Below, in pieces: positions 37,812 to 47,913 of a stretch of 64,000 nucleotides of DNA. The position numbers and the translations under genes were made by a program. Numbering within the stretch: the first letter of the stretch is position 1; every line of letters starts with the position of its first letter. The DNA lies in assembly GCA_963708865.1 (NCBI GenBank), contig CAVPUC010000001.1, forward strand, positions 149,995 through 213,994, read 5' to 3'. This DNA comes from an uncultured Gammaproteobacteria bacterium. GTDB lineage: Bacteria; Pseudomonadota; Gammaproteobacteria; Steroidobacterales; Steroidobacteraceae. The notes under the pieces were generated by a model. It saw nothing but the letters and a program-made list of their open reading frames with translations, ran no database searches and was not told the origin of the DNA.

Positions 37812-39965
37812 ATGAATATCCTGAACCGATTCGAGCGCCGGTCAACCGCGTGGGCTGCCCCGTTTGTGGCGGCGTTGATGGTGCTCGCGCTGACCGGTTC
37901 ATCGCAGGCGCCCGCCGGCCCGTCGGTCCTGCCGCCGAATGCCATCGCCCCGACCGACCGGGAACGCGCCATCGCCCGGCGCGTCGGCTCGATCCTGGAG
38001 GAGGCGCATTACCGCCACGTCCTGATCGACGACCATATGTCGAGTCAGATCTTCGACCGTTACATCGAATCCCTCGACGGTCAGCACAGCTACTTCCTGG
38101 CGAGCGACCTGAAGGAATTCGAGCAGTGGCGCTACCGCTTCGATGACATGATCCACACCGGGGATGTCGAGCCGGGTTTCGCCATCTTCGCCCGCTATCA
38201 GCAGCGCAACCGCGAACGCGTCGCCGCGGCGCTGAAGATGCTGGATAGCGAACCGGACTGGACGCTCAACGAGTCCATGGAGTTCGACCGCAAGGATGCC
38301 CCGTACGCCACGACCACCGCCCAGCTGGATGAGGTGTGGCGACTGCGGGTGAAAAATGACGGCCTGTCGCTGCTGCTCACCGGCAAGGACTGGAAGGATG
38401 CGAGCGACATCCTGCGCAAGCGCTACGAGCGCGTGCTCAAACGGGTTGACCAGATCTCCTCCGATGACGTGTTCGAAAACCTGATGAACGCGTACGCACA
38501 TACCTTTGATCCGCACTCGAATTTCTTCTCGCCGCGCGATTCGGAGGAGTACCGCATCCAGATGAGTCTGAACTACGACGGCATCGGCGCCTCGTTGCAG
38601 CAGACCGATGACTACGTGCAGGTCATGAACGTGATTGAAGGCGGCCCGGCGGCGGTTGCCGGCACGCTCAAGCCCAATGATCGCATCACCGGCGTGCAGC
38701 AGGGCAGCGATGCCATGGTCACGGATGTCGTGGGCTGGCGGCTCGATGATGTCGTGCAGCTGATCCGCGGCAAGGCGGGCACCGTCGTGAAGCTGCAGGT
38801 GCTGCCGGCCGGCGCCGCGCCCGGCACACCGGAGAAGATGCTGGCTTTCACCCGCAACAAGGTCAACCTGGACAACCAGGCCGCCAAGCAGGAAATTCGT
38901 AATGTGACCCGCGGCGGTCGCACCTTCAAGATCGGCGTCATCACCATTCCGAGCTTCTATCAGGACGTGGCGGCGCAGAATGCCAATGATCCCAACTACC
39001 GCAGCACCACGCGCGATGTGCATCGGCTGCTCGGCGAGCTGAATACCGCCGGCGTCGACGGCATTGTGCTCGATCTGCGCGATGACGGCGGCGGCTACCT
39101 GCCGGAAGCCACCGCACTGACCGGCCTGTTCATCGACAAGGGCCCGGTGGTCCAGCTCAAGGACACCACGGGGCGGGTGGAAGTACTCGATGATCCGGAC
39201 CCGGGTGTCACCTATACCGGACCGCTGTCGGTCCTGGTCAACCGCTACAGCGCGAGCGCCTCGGAGATCTTCGCGGGTGCGCTGCAGGACTACCACCGCG
39301 CCTACATCTTGGGGCAACGCACCTTCGGCAAAGGCACGGTGCAGAACCTGATCCCGCTCGACCGCTGGCCGTCGCAAAAACCGCTGAGCGGCCAGATCAC
39401 CGTGACCATCGGCAAGTTCTATCGTGTCACCGGCGAGAGCACTCAGCATCGCGGTGTGGAACCGGACGTGCAGCTGCCCTCGGTGATCGACCTGAAGGAG
39501 GTCGGTGAGAGTTCGCTGGAGGCGGCGCTGCCGTGGGATCGCATCGAGGGCGCACCCTTCATGTCCTGGCACGATGAGCATCCCGTCATCGCCCTGCCCT
39601 CGCTCGTGCCCGAGGAGAGCGCCCGCGAGCAGCGCGATCCGGACTATCGCTGGCTGATCGGGGATGTGGCCGCGCTCAACAAGGTGCGCGCCGAGAAAAC
39701 CATTACGCTGAACCTCAAACAGCGCCAGGAAGAGCGCGCGCAACTCGACAAGGAGCGGCTGGATCTCGCCAATCAGCGCCTGCTCGCCGAGGGCCAGCCC
39801 GCGGTAAAGACCGTAGAGGAGCTCGACAAGAACACGCCGGCGGATTTTGAAGCCAATCTGCTCTTGGGTGAGGCGACGCAGGTGATGGCGGATATTCTCA
39901 TGGGCGACACGCCCAATCAGCATCTGCCCGCGGCACCTCCGGTGCAGCAGACGGTGAAGCGCTGA
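37812..39965 (+). CDS. prc: Carboxy-terminal processing (tail-specific) protease, S41 family
   Basis: 717 aa with a signal peptide, a PDZ region (GGPAAVAGTLKPNDRITGV) and an S41 catalytic region (NRYSASASEIFAGALQDY..., GKGTVQ). Confidence 0.9.
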   Translation: MNILNRFERRSTAWAAPFVAALMVLALTGSSQAPAGPSVLPPNAIAPTDRERAIARRVGSILEEAHYRHVLIDDHMSSQIFDRYIESLDGQHSYFLASDLKEFEQWRYRFDDMIHTGDVEPGFAIFARYQQRNRERVAAALKMLDSEPDWTLNESMEFDRKDAPYATTTAQLDEVWRLRVKNDGLSLLLTGKDWKDASDILRKRYERVLKRVDQISSDDVFENLMNAYAHTFDPHSNFFSPRDSEEYRIQMSLNYDGIGASLQQTDDYVQVMNVIEGGPAAVAGTLKPNDRITGVQQGSDAMVTDVVGWRLDDVVQLIRGKAGTVVKLQVLPAGAAPGTPEKMLAFTRNKVNLDNQAAKQEIRNVTRGGRTFKIGVITIPSFYQDVAAQNANDPNYRSTTRDVHRLLGELNTAGVDGIVLDLRDDGGGYLPEATALTGLFIDKGPVVQLKDTTGRVEVLDDPDPGVTYTGPLSVLVNRYSASASEIFAGALQDYHRAYILGQRTFGKGTVQNLIPLDRWPSQKPLSGQITVTIGKFYRVTGESTQHRGVEPDVQLPSVIDLKEVGESSLEAALPWDRIEGAPFMSWHDEHPVIALPSLVPEESAREQRDPDYRWLIGDVAALNKVRAEKTITLNLKQRQEERAQLDKERLDLANQRLLAEGQPAVKTVEELDKNTPADFEANLLLGEATQVMADILMGDTPNQHLPAAPPVQQTVKR

Positions 39966-41031
39966 TCAGCGCAGCAGCACGCGGAACAGATCCCAGGTGT
40001 CCTCGCCCAGAACGTTGGGCATGCGGAACGCCGCCTCCGAACCCAGCGGTGCTCCCGCCAGTACATCCGCCTCGCCGAGCGAGACGGATTCGGGCGTCGG
40101 CGCCGTATCCACATCGTTGCGATAGCGGGCCCGTTGCCGCATGTTCTCGCTGCGGCTCTTCACATCCTGCGCGACGTTGGCTTTGCTCTCCAGGATCACG
40201 CGCGCGCGTGCGATCAACGCGATCAGCGCCTCGCATTCAGGTCGTCCACCATAGGCATCGACCGGCTCACGGCGCGCCACGGCCTCCTTGGCGAGCGTCA
40301 TCAACGTGGTGTCCGCCAGTCGCAGGCACAGCACCTCCGCATAGGCGATTGCCGCGATATTGATGGCGCGTCGCGCCTCAAGCGACAGCCCCGGAAACTC
40401 CGCCGGCTGCTGCAGCCTCGATGGCCGCCATGTCGGCGCACGCCTGATCCAGCGCCGCGCCCGCAAGCTCGAGCGCACCGTGCGCCCCGACCAGACGTTG
40501 CTCCAGATCGCGGCGCTTGAAGTAATGCCAGAAGCGCTGCAGCCGCGCCCGACGGGCCGTCAGATCGGCGACGAACTGTTGCGCATCATTGAACTGCATC
40601 TGCACGGTGCGCACCGCCGCCTCACCGGCCCCGCGGCGCGAGAATTGCGCGCGGTTGAATTCGACGAACAGCGCGCGCCGTTCGCGTTCCTCCTGCTGCG
40701 CCGACAGCTCCGCGGTGAACTGCTCGAGGATCTCGCGGCCGCGCTGCCACATGGCGCGCAGCTGATAGAACACCAGCGCCGGATACGCCGTTTCGGTAAG
40801 GCCCAGGCGTGATTCCAGGGACCCGAGCATCTCCTGCACGCGGGCCGTGGCGCCCTCCTGCTGCTTGATCCGGTCCTTCAGGCGATAGACTTCTTCCTGA
40901 AGTTCCCCATAGGCCTTCTTCAGTTCGGCGCGATTGCGGAACAGCGTCAGGACGCGATGATCATCTTCGGGATCATCGGTTGCCTTGGGAGTGACACGGA
41001 TCAGGCGACTGAATTGTTCCAGGGTCTTCAT
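39966..41031 (-). pseudogene. Conserved-looking coiled-coil protein of unknown function, reading frame broken near 40405
   Basis: ORF 40378..41100 (start ATG 41031, MKTLEQFSRLIRVTPK...ACADMAAIEAAAA) continues as AEFPGLSLEARRAINIAAIAYAEVL... in ORF 39966..40478 after a +1 shift. Confidence 0.55.
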
Positions 41032-41071
41032 GGTTGGCACGCGTAAATCGGCGGCCAAACCGGGACACCCT

Positions 41072-41542
41072 TTAGGGGGACCCTGCCGCGGCCGGCGCAA
41101 AGCGGTGACCCCGCTCCACGCAGTATTCGAGCCACTTGTTTAACATGATGTTGCGCGCCCAACGCTGATCTAGTTCACAGGCCACGGTATTGCGCAGCGC
41201 GCGCAGCGCCGCATGCTCGTGGGCCTGGGCCCACTCCTGCGCCTCCACCAGCCGGGCGTCGTGGTAGACCCGTACGCCCATGTCCGGGTAGCGCCGAGTC
41301 GCCTCCTGGTCCGGGATCAGATAGGTGAGATTCAAGGTGGTGGTATAGGGGGAGCGCTCGACCACGGACAGCTGCAGATCACAATCGCCGGCCACCCCGG
41401 ACAGATGTTCACCGGAGAGGCGCGCGACATTGCCGGCGAGCCACCCCAGCCGGATGTAATTGCTTTCGTACAGGCCCATCAGGGCGACGAAACTTCGGGG
41501 CTTCGCGCGCCAGGAGACCGTTGTCAGGGCGTCATTGAGCAT
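41072..41542 (-). CDS. DUF1249 family protein (YqiB-like)
   Basis: Resembles E. coli YqiB (FVALMGLYESNYIRL, SPYTTTLNLT, VRVYHDARLVEA, NKWLEYC). ATG 41542 chosen; GTG 41560 is also possible. Confidence 0.7.
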   Translation of the reverse strand: MLNDALTTVSWRAKPRSFVALMGLYESNYIRLGWLAGNVARLSGEHLSGVAGDCDLQLSVVERSPYTTTLNLTYLIPDQEATRRYPDMGVRVYHDARLVEAQEWAQAHEHAALRALRNTVACELDQRWARNIMLNKWLEYCVERGHRFAPAAAGSP

Positions 41543-41589
41543 GCCCCGACTATATCGCACGTCGGTGCGCGTGCAACCCGTGCAATGCG

Positions 41590-42174
41590 TCAGGTTTGTG
41601 AAGAATTTCCGCTTGCATTGCCGGCGCGGAACGCGGGTGCCAGCAATTGCGCACGATAGTGCTGCAGTTCGCGGATGGACTCGCGGATGTCTGCTAGCGC
41701 AAGATGGGCACCTTGCTTCATGAACCCGGCGGCGACCTGGGGCGCCCAGCGACGTGCGAGCTCTTTGAGCGTGCTGACATCAAGATTACGATAGTGGAAG
41801 AATTTCTCAAGACGTGGCATGTGGCGTGCCAGAAAGCGGCGATCCTGACAGATGCTGTTGCCACAGATCGGCGATGCGCCGGGGGGCACCCAGGCCGCCA
41901 GGAATTCCAGCGTACGCTGTTCGGCCTCGGCAACACCGCTGTGGCTGGCGCGCACCCGTTCCAGCAGTCCCGATGAACCGTGCTGGCGCTGATTCCACTC
42001 ATCCATGCGCGCCAGGGCGCCTTGTGGCTGATGGATCGCGATCTCCGGTCCCTCGGCCAGGACGTTCAGTTCCTTGTCGGTGATGATGGTCGCGATCTCG
42101 ATGATGTCGTCGGTCTCGGGGAGGAGACCGGTCATCTCCAGATCGATCCAGATGAGGTTCTCAGCGTTTGACAT
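41590..42174 (-). CDS. orn: Oligoribonuclease
   Basis: Start set at ATG 42174 ([17 protein letters not shown], DEDDh exonuclease motif I). [13 protein letters not shown] and H-x4-D motifs are present. Divergent from rsgA, as in E. coli. Confidence 0.9.
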   Translation of the reverse strand: MSNAENLIWIDLEMTGLLPETDDIIEIATIITDKELNVLAEGPEIAIHQPQGALARMDEWNQRQHGSSGLLERVRASHSGVAEAEQRTLEFLAAWVPPGASPICGNSICQDRRFLARHMPRLEKFFHYRNLDVSTLKELARRWAPQVAAGFMKQGAHLALADIRESIRELQHYRAQLLAPAFRAGNASGNSSQT

Positions 42175-42199
42175 GGCGAACCGGCATTCTAACTGACCC

Positions 42200-43120
42200 A
42201 TGACCTTCACCGCACGCGTCATCGCCGCCTACGGGCGCCACCTCGTCGTGCGCGATGGTGAGGGCAATGAACGGGCCGCACGACCGTTTGGTCGCAAGCT
42301 GCAGATCGTGTGCGGCGATCAGGTCAGCTGCGACATCGATGCGCATCACGACGAGGCCCACGTCACCGCGGTGCTGCCGCGCACCAGCTGCCTGTACCGC
42401 ACCAATCTGCGTGCCGATGAGGAGGCCGTCGTGGCCAACCTCACCTTGATGCTGGTGACGATCGCACCGGTGCCGGTGCCGGATCTGTTCATGATCGACC
42501 GGTATCTGGCCGCCGCCGCTTCGGCCGGCATCCGCGCGAGCCTGGTTCTCAACAAATGCGAACTGCCCTGGCCGACGCAGCTGGCGCGCGAACTGACCAG
42601 CTACTCGGACGTGGGCTACACGCATCTGCCGGTATCGGTGAAAACCGACACCGGCATGCCGTCGCTGCGCGCGGCCTGTGCCGGCGACATCGCCGCCTTC
42701 GTGGGCCAATCCGGGGTGGGCAAATCCTCGCTGATCAGTCAGCTGGTGCCCGAGGCGCAGATCCGCACCGGGGAGCTGATGCTGCGCCGGCAGGAAGGCA
42801 CCCATACGACCACCGCATCGCATCTGTATGACCTGGCCGGAGGCGGTCACCTGATCGACTCACCCGGCGTGCGCGACTTCGCACCGGCGCTCTCCCGACT
42901 TGAGCCCACGTCGCTGGGGTTTCTGGAAGTGGCGCAGTGCGCGCCGCGCTGCCGTTTCGATGACTGCCGGCACCTGCGTGAACCGGGCTGCGCCGTGCGC
43001 GCGGCCAGTGAGGCAGGCGGCATCAGTCCACGACGCTACGAGAGCTATCGGCGGCTGCGGCATCTGTTTGAAACGCTGGGTGCCGAAGGCGGCCCCGGCC
43101 GCCGACCGCGCAGGAGCTAG
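42200..43120 (+). CDS. rsgA: Ribosome small-subunit-dependent GTPase A
   Basis: 306 aa with an OB-fold N-terminus, a circularly permuted GTPase (LNKCEL ... [11 protein letters not shown]) and a Zn knuckle ([14 protein letters not shown]). Confidence 0.9.
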   Translation: MTFTARVIAAYGRHLVVRDGEGNERAARPFGRKLQIVCGDQVSCDIDAHHDEAHVTAVLPRTSCLYRTNLRADEEAVVANLTLMLVTIAPVPVPDLFMIDRYLAAAASAGIRASLVLNKCELPWPTQLARELTSYSDVGYTHLPVSVKTDTGMPSLRAACAGDIAAFVGQSGVGKSSLISQLVPEAQIRTGELMLRRQEGTHTTTASHLYDLAGGGHLIDSPGVRDFAPALSRLEPTSLGFLEVAQCAPRCRFDDCRHLREPGCAVRAASEAGGISPRRYESYRRLRHLFETLGAEGGPGRRPRRS

Positions 43121-43716
43121 CCCATCACCTGGCGCCCCACCAGCGCATGCGCCAGGGTGCCGCCGTCCACGTATTCCAGTTCACCGCCCACCGGCACGCC
43201 GTGGGCAATGCGCGTCGCCTGGATGCCGCGCGACAAGGCAAGCTCGCGCAGGTAATGCGCCGTGGCCTCGCCCTCCACCGTGGGATTGGTGGCGAGAATG
43301 AGTTCCTGCACGGCCCCTTCGGCGAGCACCGCCTCCAGTTCGCGCGCGCCCAGCTCATCCGGGCCCACGCCATCGAGCGGCGACAGATGGCCCATCAGCA
43401 CGAAGTAGTAGCCCCGGTAGCTGCCCGACAGTTCAACCGCCACCACGTCCGCGGGCGACTCCACCACGCACAACAGCGTACGGTCGCGCTGCGGCGCGGC
43501 GCAGATCGAACACAACTCATCATCCGTGAGCATGCGGCAGCGCCGGCAGCGTTGCACCGAGTCGAGCGCGGTGCCGAGCGCCGCCACCAGCGCGTGGGCA
43601 CCGGGGCGGCCCTCCTGCAGCAGGTGAAACGCCATGCGCTGCGCCGTCTTCGGCCCCACCCCCGGCAGGGCGCGCAACGCATCGATCAGCTTCAGCAGAT
43701 TGCGCGAATGCTTCAT
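43117..43716 (-). CDS. recR: Recombination protein RecR
   Basis: 199 aa with HhH ([17 protein letters not shown]), a C4 zinc finger ([16 protein letters not shown]) and a Toprim domain. Confidence 0.95.
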   Translation of the reverse strand: MKHSRNLLKLIDALRALPGVGPKTAQRMAFHLLQEGRPGAHALVAALGTALDSVQRCRRCRMLTDDELCSICAAPQRDRTLLCVVESPADVVAVELSGSYRGYYFVLMGHLSPLDGVGPDELGARELEAVLAEGAVQELILATNPTVEGEATAHYLRELALSRGIQATRIAHGVPVGGELEYVDGGTLAHALVGRQVMG

Positions 43717-44039
43717 CAGAAGGGCAGTTTCACACCCGGCGGCAACTGCAGACCGGCGGTGACGGCGGCCATCATCTCCTGGGTGCGCACTTCCACCTTG
43801 TGGGCTGCATCGTTGAAGGCCGCGACCAGCAGATCCTCGAGCATCTCGCGGTCCTCGGCGGCGACGGCGGGTTCGATCTGCACCCGTTTGACCTGGTGCC
43901 GGCCGGAGAGCGTGACTTTCACCATGCCCCCGCCGGCCTCGCCGACCACCTCGATGTTCTGCACCTCGGCCTGCGCCTTCTGCATGCGTTCCTGCATGAC
44001 CTGAGCCTGTTTCATCAAATTGCCGATATTGCCGCGCAT
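43716..44039 (-). CDS. ybaB: Nucleoid-associated protein YbaB/EbfC
   Basis: Start set at ATG 44039 ([23 protein letters not shown]...), 107 aa. The stop overlaps the recR start. Confidence 0.9.
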   Translation of the reverse strand: MRGNIGNLMKQAQVMQERMQKAQAEVQNIEVVGEAGGGMVKVTLSGRHQVKRVQIEPAVAAEDREMLEDLLVAAFNDAAHKVEVRTQEMMAAVTAGLQLPPGVKLPF

Positions 44040-44067
44040 GACTGCCAACGCTCCTGAGTAAGGGGAC

Positions 44068-45699
44068 TTAAGAGTCCGTCCGGGTCGGTCGGATCGTATC
44101 CGGTAACAAGGTGGCGCCAAAGCGCTCCTGCAACGCCTTCACCGTGGGGTCCTCACCAAAAGCCTGGCGCGCCGCGACCAGTGCCGCGCGGCCCTCGCGC
44201 TCCTGGATCTGGGCGGGGGTCTGCGCCTGCGGGTCGGCCACGAACTCCAGCCGCACGGCGCCGCCGAAATAGGCCCCCAGAGCCTGCTGCAGCTTGGCTT
44301 CGATGCCGGCGGTGCGCGAGGCCTGGAAGCGCGGATCCAGGCCCAGCCGCACGGCGCCCTCGCGCCGGCCCAGGAACTGGCAGTTGAGCGCCAGGGACCG
44401 CACGGCGCCGCTCAAGCCCATCTCCGCGACCATGGCCGTCCAGTCAGCCGGTTCAGCGGGGCCCGCCGGGGCTGCGGGCGTGCCCAGGGGCGCTGGGGCA
44501 GCCGCCGGAGCCGCCGCAACCTCGGCGCGGCTGCCGCGGCCGGCCGCAGCCTTGGCGGCCAGCGCGCCGCCCCCGGGGGCTGCTCCGGGGGCCGGGCCTG
44601 CGGTCAGCGAGGAGCCGGCATAGCGAAATCCCAGCATCCGCAGCAGCGTCATTTCAAATCCGGCACGCGGATCGGGCGCCAGATGCAGATCGCGCCGGCC
44701 GATGATGGCCGTCTGGTAATACAGCTGCACATCCTCGGGTCGGATGCCCTGCGCCAGCTGCTTGAGCAGGCTCAGCTCATACAGCTCATCCCCGTCATAG
44801 TCGGGAACGGCCTGAACCAGCGCCACGCGCACCAGTAAGGCGGCGAACTCATCCAGCAGCTGCGCATGATCGGGCGCCCATTGCTCCAGCTCGTGCGCCC
44901 AGCCGATCACGGCCGGTGCAGCGGCCTCGATCATCAGCTGCGCGAGCTTCACCACATGATCGCGCGCCACGGTGCCGAGCATGTCGCGCACCTGCGCTTC
45001 GGCCACGCTGCCGCCGGCAAAGGCGATCACCTGATCGAGCAGCGAGAGGCCATCGCGCATGCTGCCGTCGGCGGCCTGCGCCAGCAATCGCAAGCCCGCC
45101 GGCTCAAAGCCAATCCCTTCAAGCTCCAGCACATGCTGCAACCGCCCGGCGATCAGCGACACCGGCAGCCGCTTCAGGTTGAACTGCAGGCAGCGCGACA
45201 GCACGGTCGCCGGCAGCTTCTGCGGATCGGTGGTCGCGAGCAGGAACTTCACGCGCGGCGGCGGCTCCTCCAGCGTCTTCAGCAGGGCGTTGAAGGAATG
45301 GGTCGACAGCATGTGCACCTCATCGATGAGGTACACCTTGTAGCGACCCTGGGTGGGGGCGTACTGCACATTGTCGAGCAGCTCGCGGGTGTCATCGACC
45401 TTGGTGCGCGAGGCGGCGTCGACTTCGATCAGGTCCACGAACCGACCTTCGTCGATGGCAAGACAGCTGGGGCATTCGCCACAAGGCGAGGCGGAGACGC
45501 CGCGATCGCAGTTCAGGCACTTCGCGAAAATGCGCGCGATCGTGGTTTTGCCTACCCCGCGGGTGCCCGTGAACAGGAAGGCGTGGTGAACGCGATCAGT
45601 GTCCAGGGCATGGGTCAGCGCACGCCGCACATGCTCCTGGCCGATCATGTCGACGAAGCGCTTCGGCCGCCATTTGCGAGCCAACGCTACATAAGCCAC
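44068..45699 (-). CDS. dnaX: DNA polymerase III subunit gamma/tau
   Basis: 543 aa with a GTG start. Motifs: ALARKWRPKRF, P-loop GTRGVGKTT, Zn module (CLNC...CGECPSC) and an Ala/Pro-rich linker. Confidence 0.95.
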   Translation of the reverse strand: MAYVALARKWRPKRFVDMIGQEHVRRALTHALDTDRVHHAFLFTGTRGVGKTTIARIFAKCLNCDRGVSASPCGECPSCLAIDEGRFVDLIEVDAASRTKVDDTRELLDNVQYAPTQGRYKVYLIDEVHMLSTHSFNALLKTLEEPPPRVKFLLATTDPQKLPATVLSRCLQFNLKRLPVSLIAGRLQHVLELEGIGFEPAGLRLLAQAADGSMRDGLSLLDQVIAFAGGSVAEAQVRDMLGTVARDHVVKLAQLMIEAAAPAVIGWAHELEQWAPDHAQLLDEFAALLVRVALVQAVPDYDGDELYELSLLKQLAQGIRPEDVQLYYQTAIIGRRDLHLAPDPRAGFEMTLLRMLGFRYAGSSLTAGPAPGAAPGGGALAAKAAAGRGSRAEVAAAPAAAPAPLGTPAAPAGPAEPADWTAMVAEMGLSGAVRSLALNCQFLGRREGAVRLGLDPRFQASRTAGIEAKLQQALGAYFGGAVRLEFVADPQAQTPAQIQEREGRAALVAARQAFGEDPTVKALQERFGATLLPDTIRPTRTDS

Positions 45700-45722
45700 A
45701 GCTCATCCTTCATCCATTTGGA

Positions 45723-45835
45723 GGTGATCCGCACCAGCTTGGATTCCGGCACCCGACATCGCCGCTGCCGCTGCTCCCTTCCGGGCCTGACGGGATTCAC
45801 GACTGGTCGTCGCGGAGTAGCCGATGCGGACCACC
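45723..45835 (-). ncRNA. ffs: Signal recognition particle RNA (small/4.5S type)
   Basis: The minus strand reads GGTGGTCCGCA...GTCAGGCCCGGAAGGGAGCAGC...TGCGGATCACC. This includes the conserved domain IV motif (GGAA tetraloop context), and the ends pair into a long hairpin. It sits just upstream of dnaX, the usual location. Ends are approximate. Confidence 0.8.
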
Positions 45836-45866
45836 ATGGACCGGATGCGGGTGCGGCGGCCGAAAC

Positions 45867-45958
45867 TGGCGGAGAGGGTGGGATTCGAACCCACGAACAC
45901 CCGTGAAGATGTTACTGGAATTCCAGTCCAGCGCCTTCGACCGCTCGGCCACCTCTCC
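45867..45958 (-). tRNA. tRNA-Ser (anticodon GGA)
   Basis: The minus strand reads GGAGAGGTGGCCGAGCGGTCGAAGGCGCTGGACTGGAATTCCAGTAACATCTTCACGGGTGTTCGTGGGTTCGAATCCCACCCTCTCCGCCA. Features: 7-bp acceptor stem, anticodon stem CTGGA/TCCAG with loop CTGGAAT, long variable arm, GTTCGAATC T-loop and an encoded CCA. Confidence 0.9.
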
Positions 45959-45983
45959 CCTCAACAACTATTCACATATCATA

Positions 45984-46286
45984 TCAAACCGCGGGAGGCG
46001 GTCGCGGTCCGCGCGGCTCGACGAACTTTGGCGGCTCATCCAGACACGGATCCTGGGGACGTCGCGGCGGCATGGCCGGCTCATTGAGCTCGGGGATCTG
46101 CAGGCTGCTCTTCGCGTCCGGCGCATCCATGCCAAGTGGCACCCGCAGCGGCGCCACGCTACCCGCCCGCTGATAGCCCTCGGTGTCATTCGCGCAGCTA
46201 TGGGTGAAGGAGCGCCACGTGTGGCAGCCACTCAGTCCCAGCACCATCGCCGCCAGTACTCCCGCAGCGCGCAATCCCTTCAGCAT
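45984..46286 (-). CDS. Short lipoprotein resembling the N-terminal segment of BamC
   Basis: ATG 46286 preceded by GAGAGGTGG. Lipobox LGLSGC. YQRAGSVAPLRVPLGMDAPDAKSSLQIP resembles the E. coli BamC N-terminal YLEAAPLAELHAPAGMILP...YAIP. It lies immediately downstream of dapA, as bamC does in E. coli. Confidence 0.5.
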   Translation of the reverse strand: MLKGLRAAGVLAAMVLGLSGCHTWRSFTHSCANDTEGYQRAGSVAPLRVPLGMDAPDAKSSLQIPELNEPAMPPRRPQDPCLDEPPKFVEPRGPRPPPAV

Positions 46287-46305
46287 CAAGTCCACCTCTC
46301 ATTAG

Positions 46306-47185
46306 TTACCGCAGCGCCCCGGCCGCGCGCAGCGACCGCTCCAGCGGCGGTCCGTACTGCACCGCAAGCTCGGTCAATGGCAGGCGCACGCCCGCGCCCA
46401 TCAGTCCCATGCGCGCCAATGCCCACTTGGCCGGAATGGGATTGGTCTCCAGAAACAAACGTCTCATGCAGCGATGCGATGCCCTCATCGAGCTTGCGGG
46501 CTGTCTCAGCGTCACCGCGCAGCGCCGCGGCGATCATCTCTGCCATTGCCCGGGGTACTACGTTCGCGGTCACCGAAATCACCCCTTTGGCGCCGGCCAG
46601 GACGGTCTCGCGCGCCGAGGCATCATCCCCGCTCAACACCACGAAACCCGGCGGCGCCCGCTCCAGGATCTCCCGCACCCGCGATACCTGCGGGACGGCC
46701 TCTTTGACCGCGGCCACCCGCGGGAGTTGCGCAACGCGCGCGACCGTCACCGGCAGCATGTCCACGGCGGTCCGGGAGGGGACGTTATACGCGATCACCG
46801 GCACCCGGGAGGCCGCGGCGATCGCCTCATAGTGCCGGAACAGACCCTCCTGGGTGGGGCGGTTATAGGCCGGGGTGACAATAAGCACGCCATCCACCGG
46901 CTGCTGGGACACGGCGCGCACACGCGCCACGGAGGCGGCGGTGTCGCTGCTGCCGGCCCCGGTAATGACCTGGATGCGGCCCCTGGCCTGAGCGCAGGCG
47001 CGCTGCGTCAACTCCAGCAGCTCCGCATCCGACAGCGTGGCGGACTCCCCGGTGGTCCCGCCCACGACAATGCCGCTGGTGCCGTTCTCAATATGGAAGT
47101 CGATCAGGCGCATCCATGCCTGAAAATCCAGCCCGCCGTCGGCGTGCATGGGGGTGACTATTGCGACCAGACTGCCTGAAAACAT
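46306..47185 (-). pseudogene. dapA: 4-hydroxy-tetrahydrodipicolinate synthase, reading frame broken by one extra nucleotide at about 46462
   Basis: Start ATG 47185 (MFSGSLVAIVTPMHADGG...GTTGESATL...AVKEA). After ...[11 protein letters not shown] the protein continues as [32 protein letters not shown]...AAGALR* in ORF 46306..46515. Confidence 0.9.
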
Positions 47186-47339
47186 GCCCAAAACTACCTG
47201 GAAAACCACAAGGCCGCTTGTGCGCGGAGCGCGCGATGGTACGAGGCGACGCCGGCCCGGGCAAGTTCGGCCTTTGGGCCCCCGGCCGGCAAGGTCGCCT
47301 TGGGCGGGTGCAACCGGTACACTCGGTGCGCTTATTCGT

Positions 47340-47888
47340 ATGACGGCCCCCGAGAAGATGAAGCAACACCTCGCTGTATCAGCGATCGGCAGCGACCGGA
47401 CCGGGATGGTCCACGAACTAACCCGGGTGATCACCGAGTGTGGGGGCAATATCAGCGAGAGCCGGATGGCGAACCTCGGCACCGAGTTCGCCATGCTGCT
47501 GCTGGTTTCGGGAAACTGGCATGCCCTCGCGAAACTTGAAACCGAGCTCAAGCGCCTGATGGAAACCAGCAATCTGTCCGTGCACCTGCGCCGCACGGAG
47601 CCGCGCAGCCCCCGCACCGAGATGCTGCCCTATTCGATTGACGTGGTGTGCCTGGACCAGACCGGGATCGTGTCGGGACTGTCCGGCTTCTTCTCCACCC
47701 GCGGTATCGATATCGCGGAGGTCTCCACGCGCAGCTACCCGGCCGCCCATACCGGGGCGCCGATGTTCTCGGTCCAGATGATCATCAACGTGCCCAGCCG
47801 CATCCATGTGGCGCACCTGCGGGAGGAATTCATGGAGTTTTGCGACTCGCTGAATCTGGATGCGATCCTGGAGCCGGTGAAGGCTTAA
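47340..47888 (+). CDS. gcvR: Glycine cleavage system transcriptional repressor (tandem ACT domains)
   Basis: Start set at ATG 47340. LAVSAIGSDRTGMVHELTRVITECGGNISESRMANLGTEFAMLLLVSG parallels the E. coli GcvR N-terminus. Divergent from dapA and followed by bcp, as in E. coli. Confidence 0.8.
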   Translation: MTAPEKMKQHLAVSAIGSDRTGMVHELTRVITECGGNISESRMANLGTEFAMLLLVSGNWHALAKLETELKRLMETSNLSVHLRRTEPRSPRTEMLPYSIDVVCLDQTGIVSGLSGFFSTRGIDIAEVSTRSYPAAHTGAPMFSVQMIINVPSRIHVAHLREEFMEFCDSLNLDAILEPVKA

Positions 47889-47913
47889 GAAACTGCCGCT
47901 TACGGACGCTCCC

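Noticed and set aside
44068-45699. Programmed -1 ribosomal frameshift site in dnaX (gamma subunit production)
   Set aside because: I could not find an A-AAA-AAG-type slippery heptamer (CTTTTTT on the plus strand) in the gene. The frameshifts elsewhere in the window also lack slippery or stimulatory features, so recoding is not supported.
45867-45958. tRNA-Ser as an integration hotspot flanked by a genomic island
   Set aside because: No integrase, direct repeat of the tRNA 3' end, or compositional break is visible next to it. Its neighbours are ffs/dnaX and dapA/bamC housekeeping genes.
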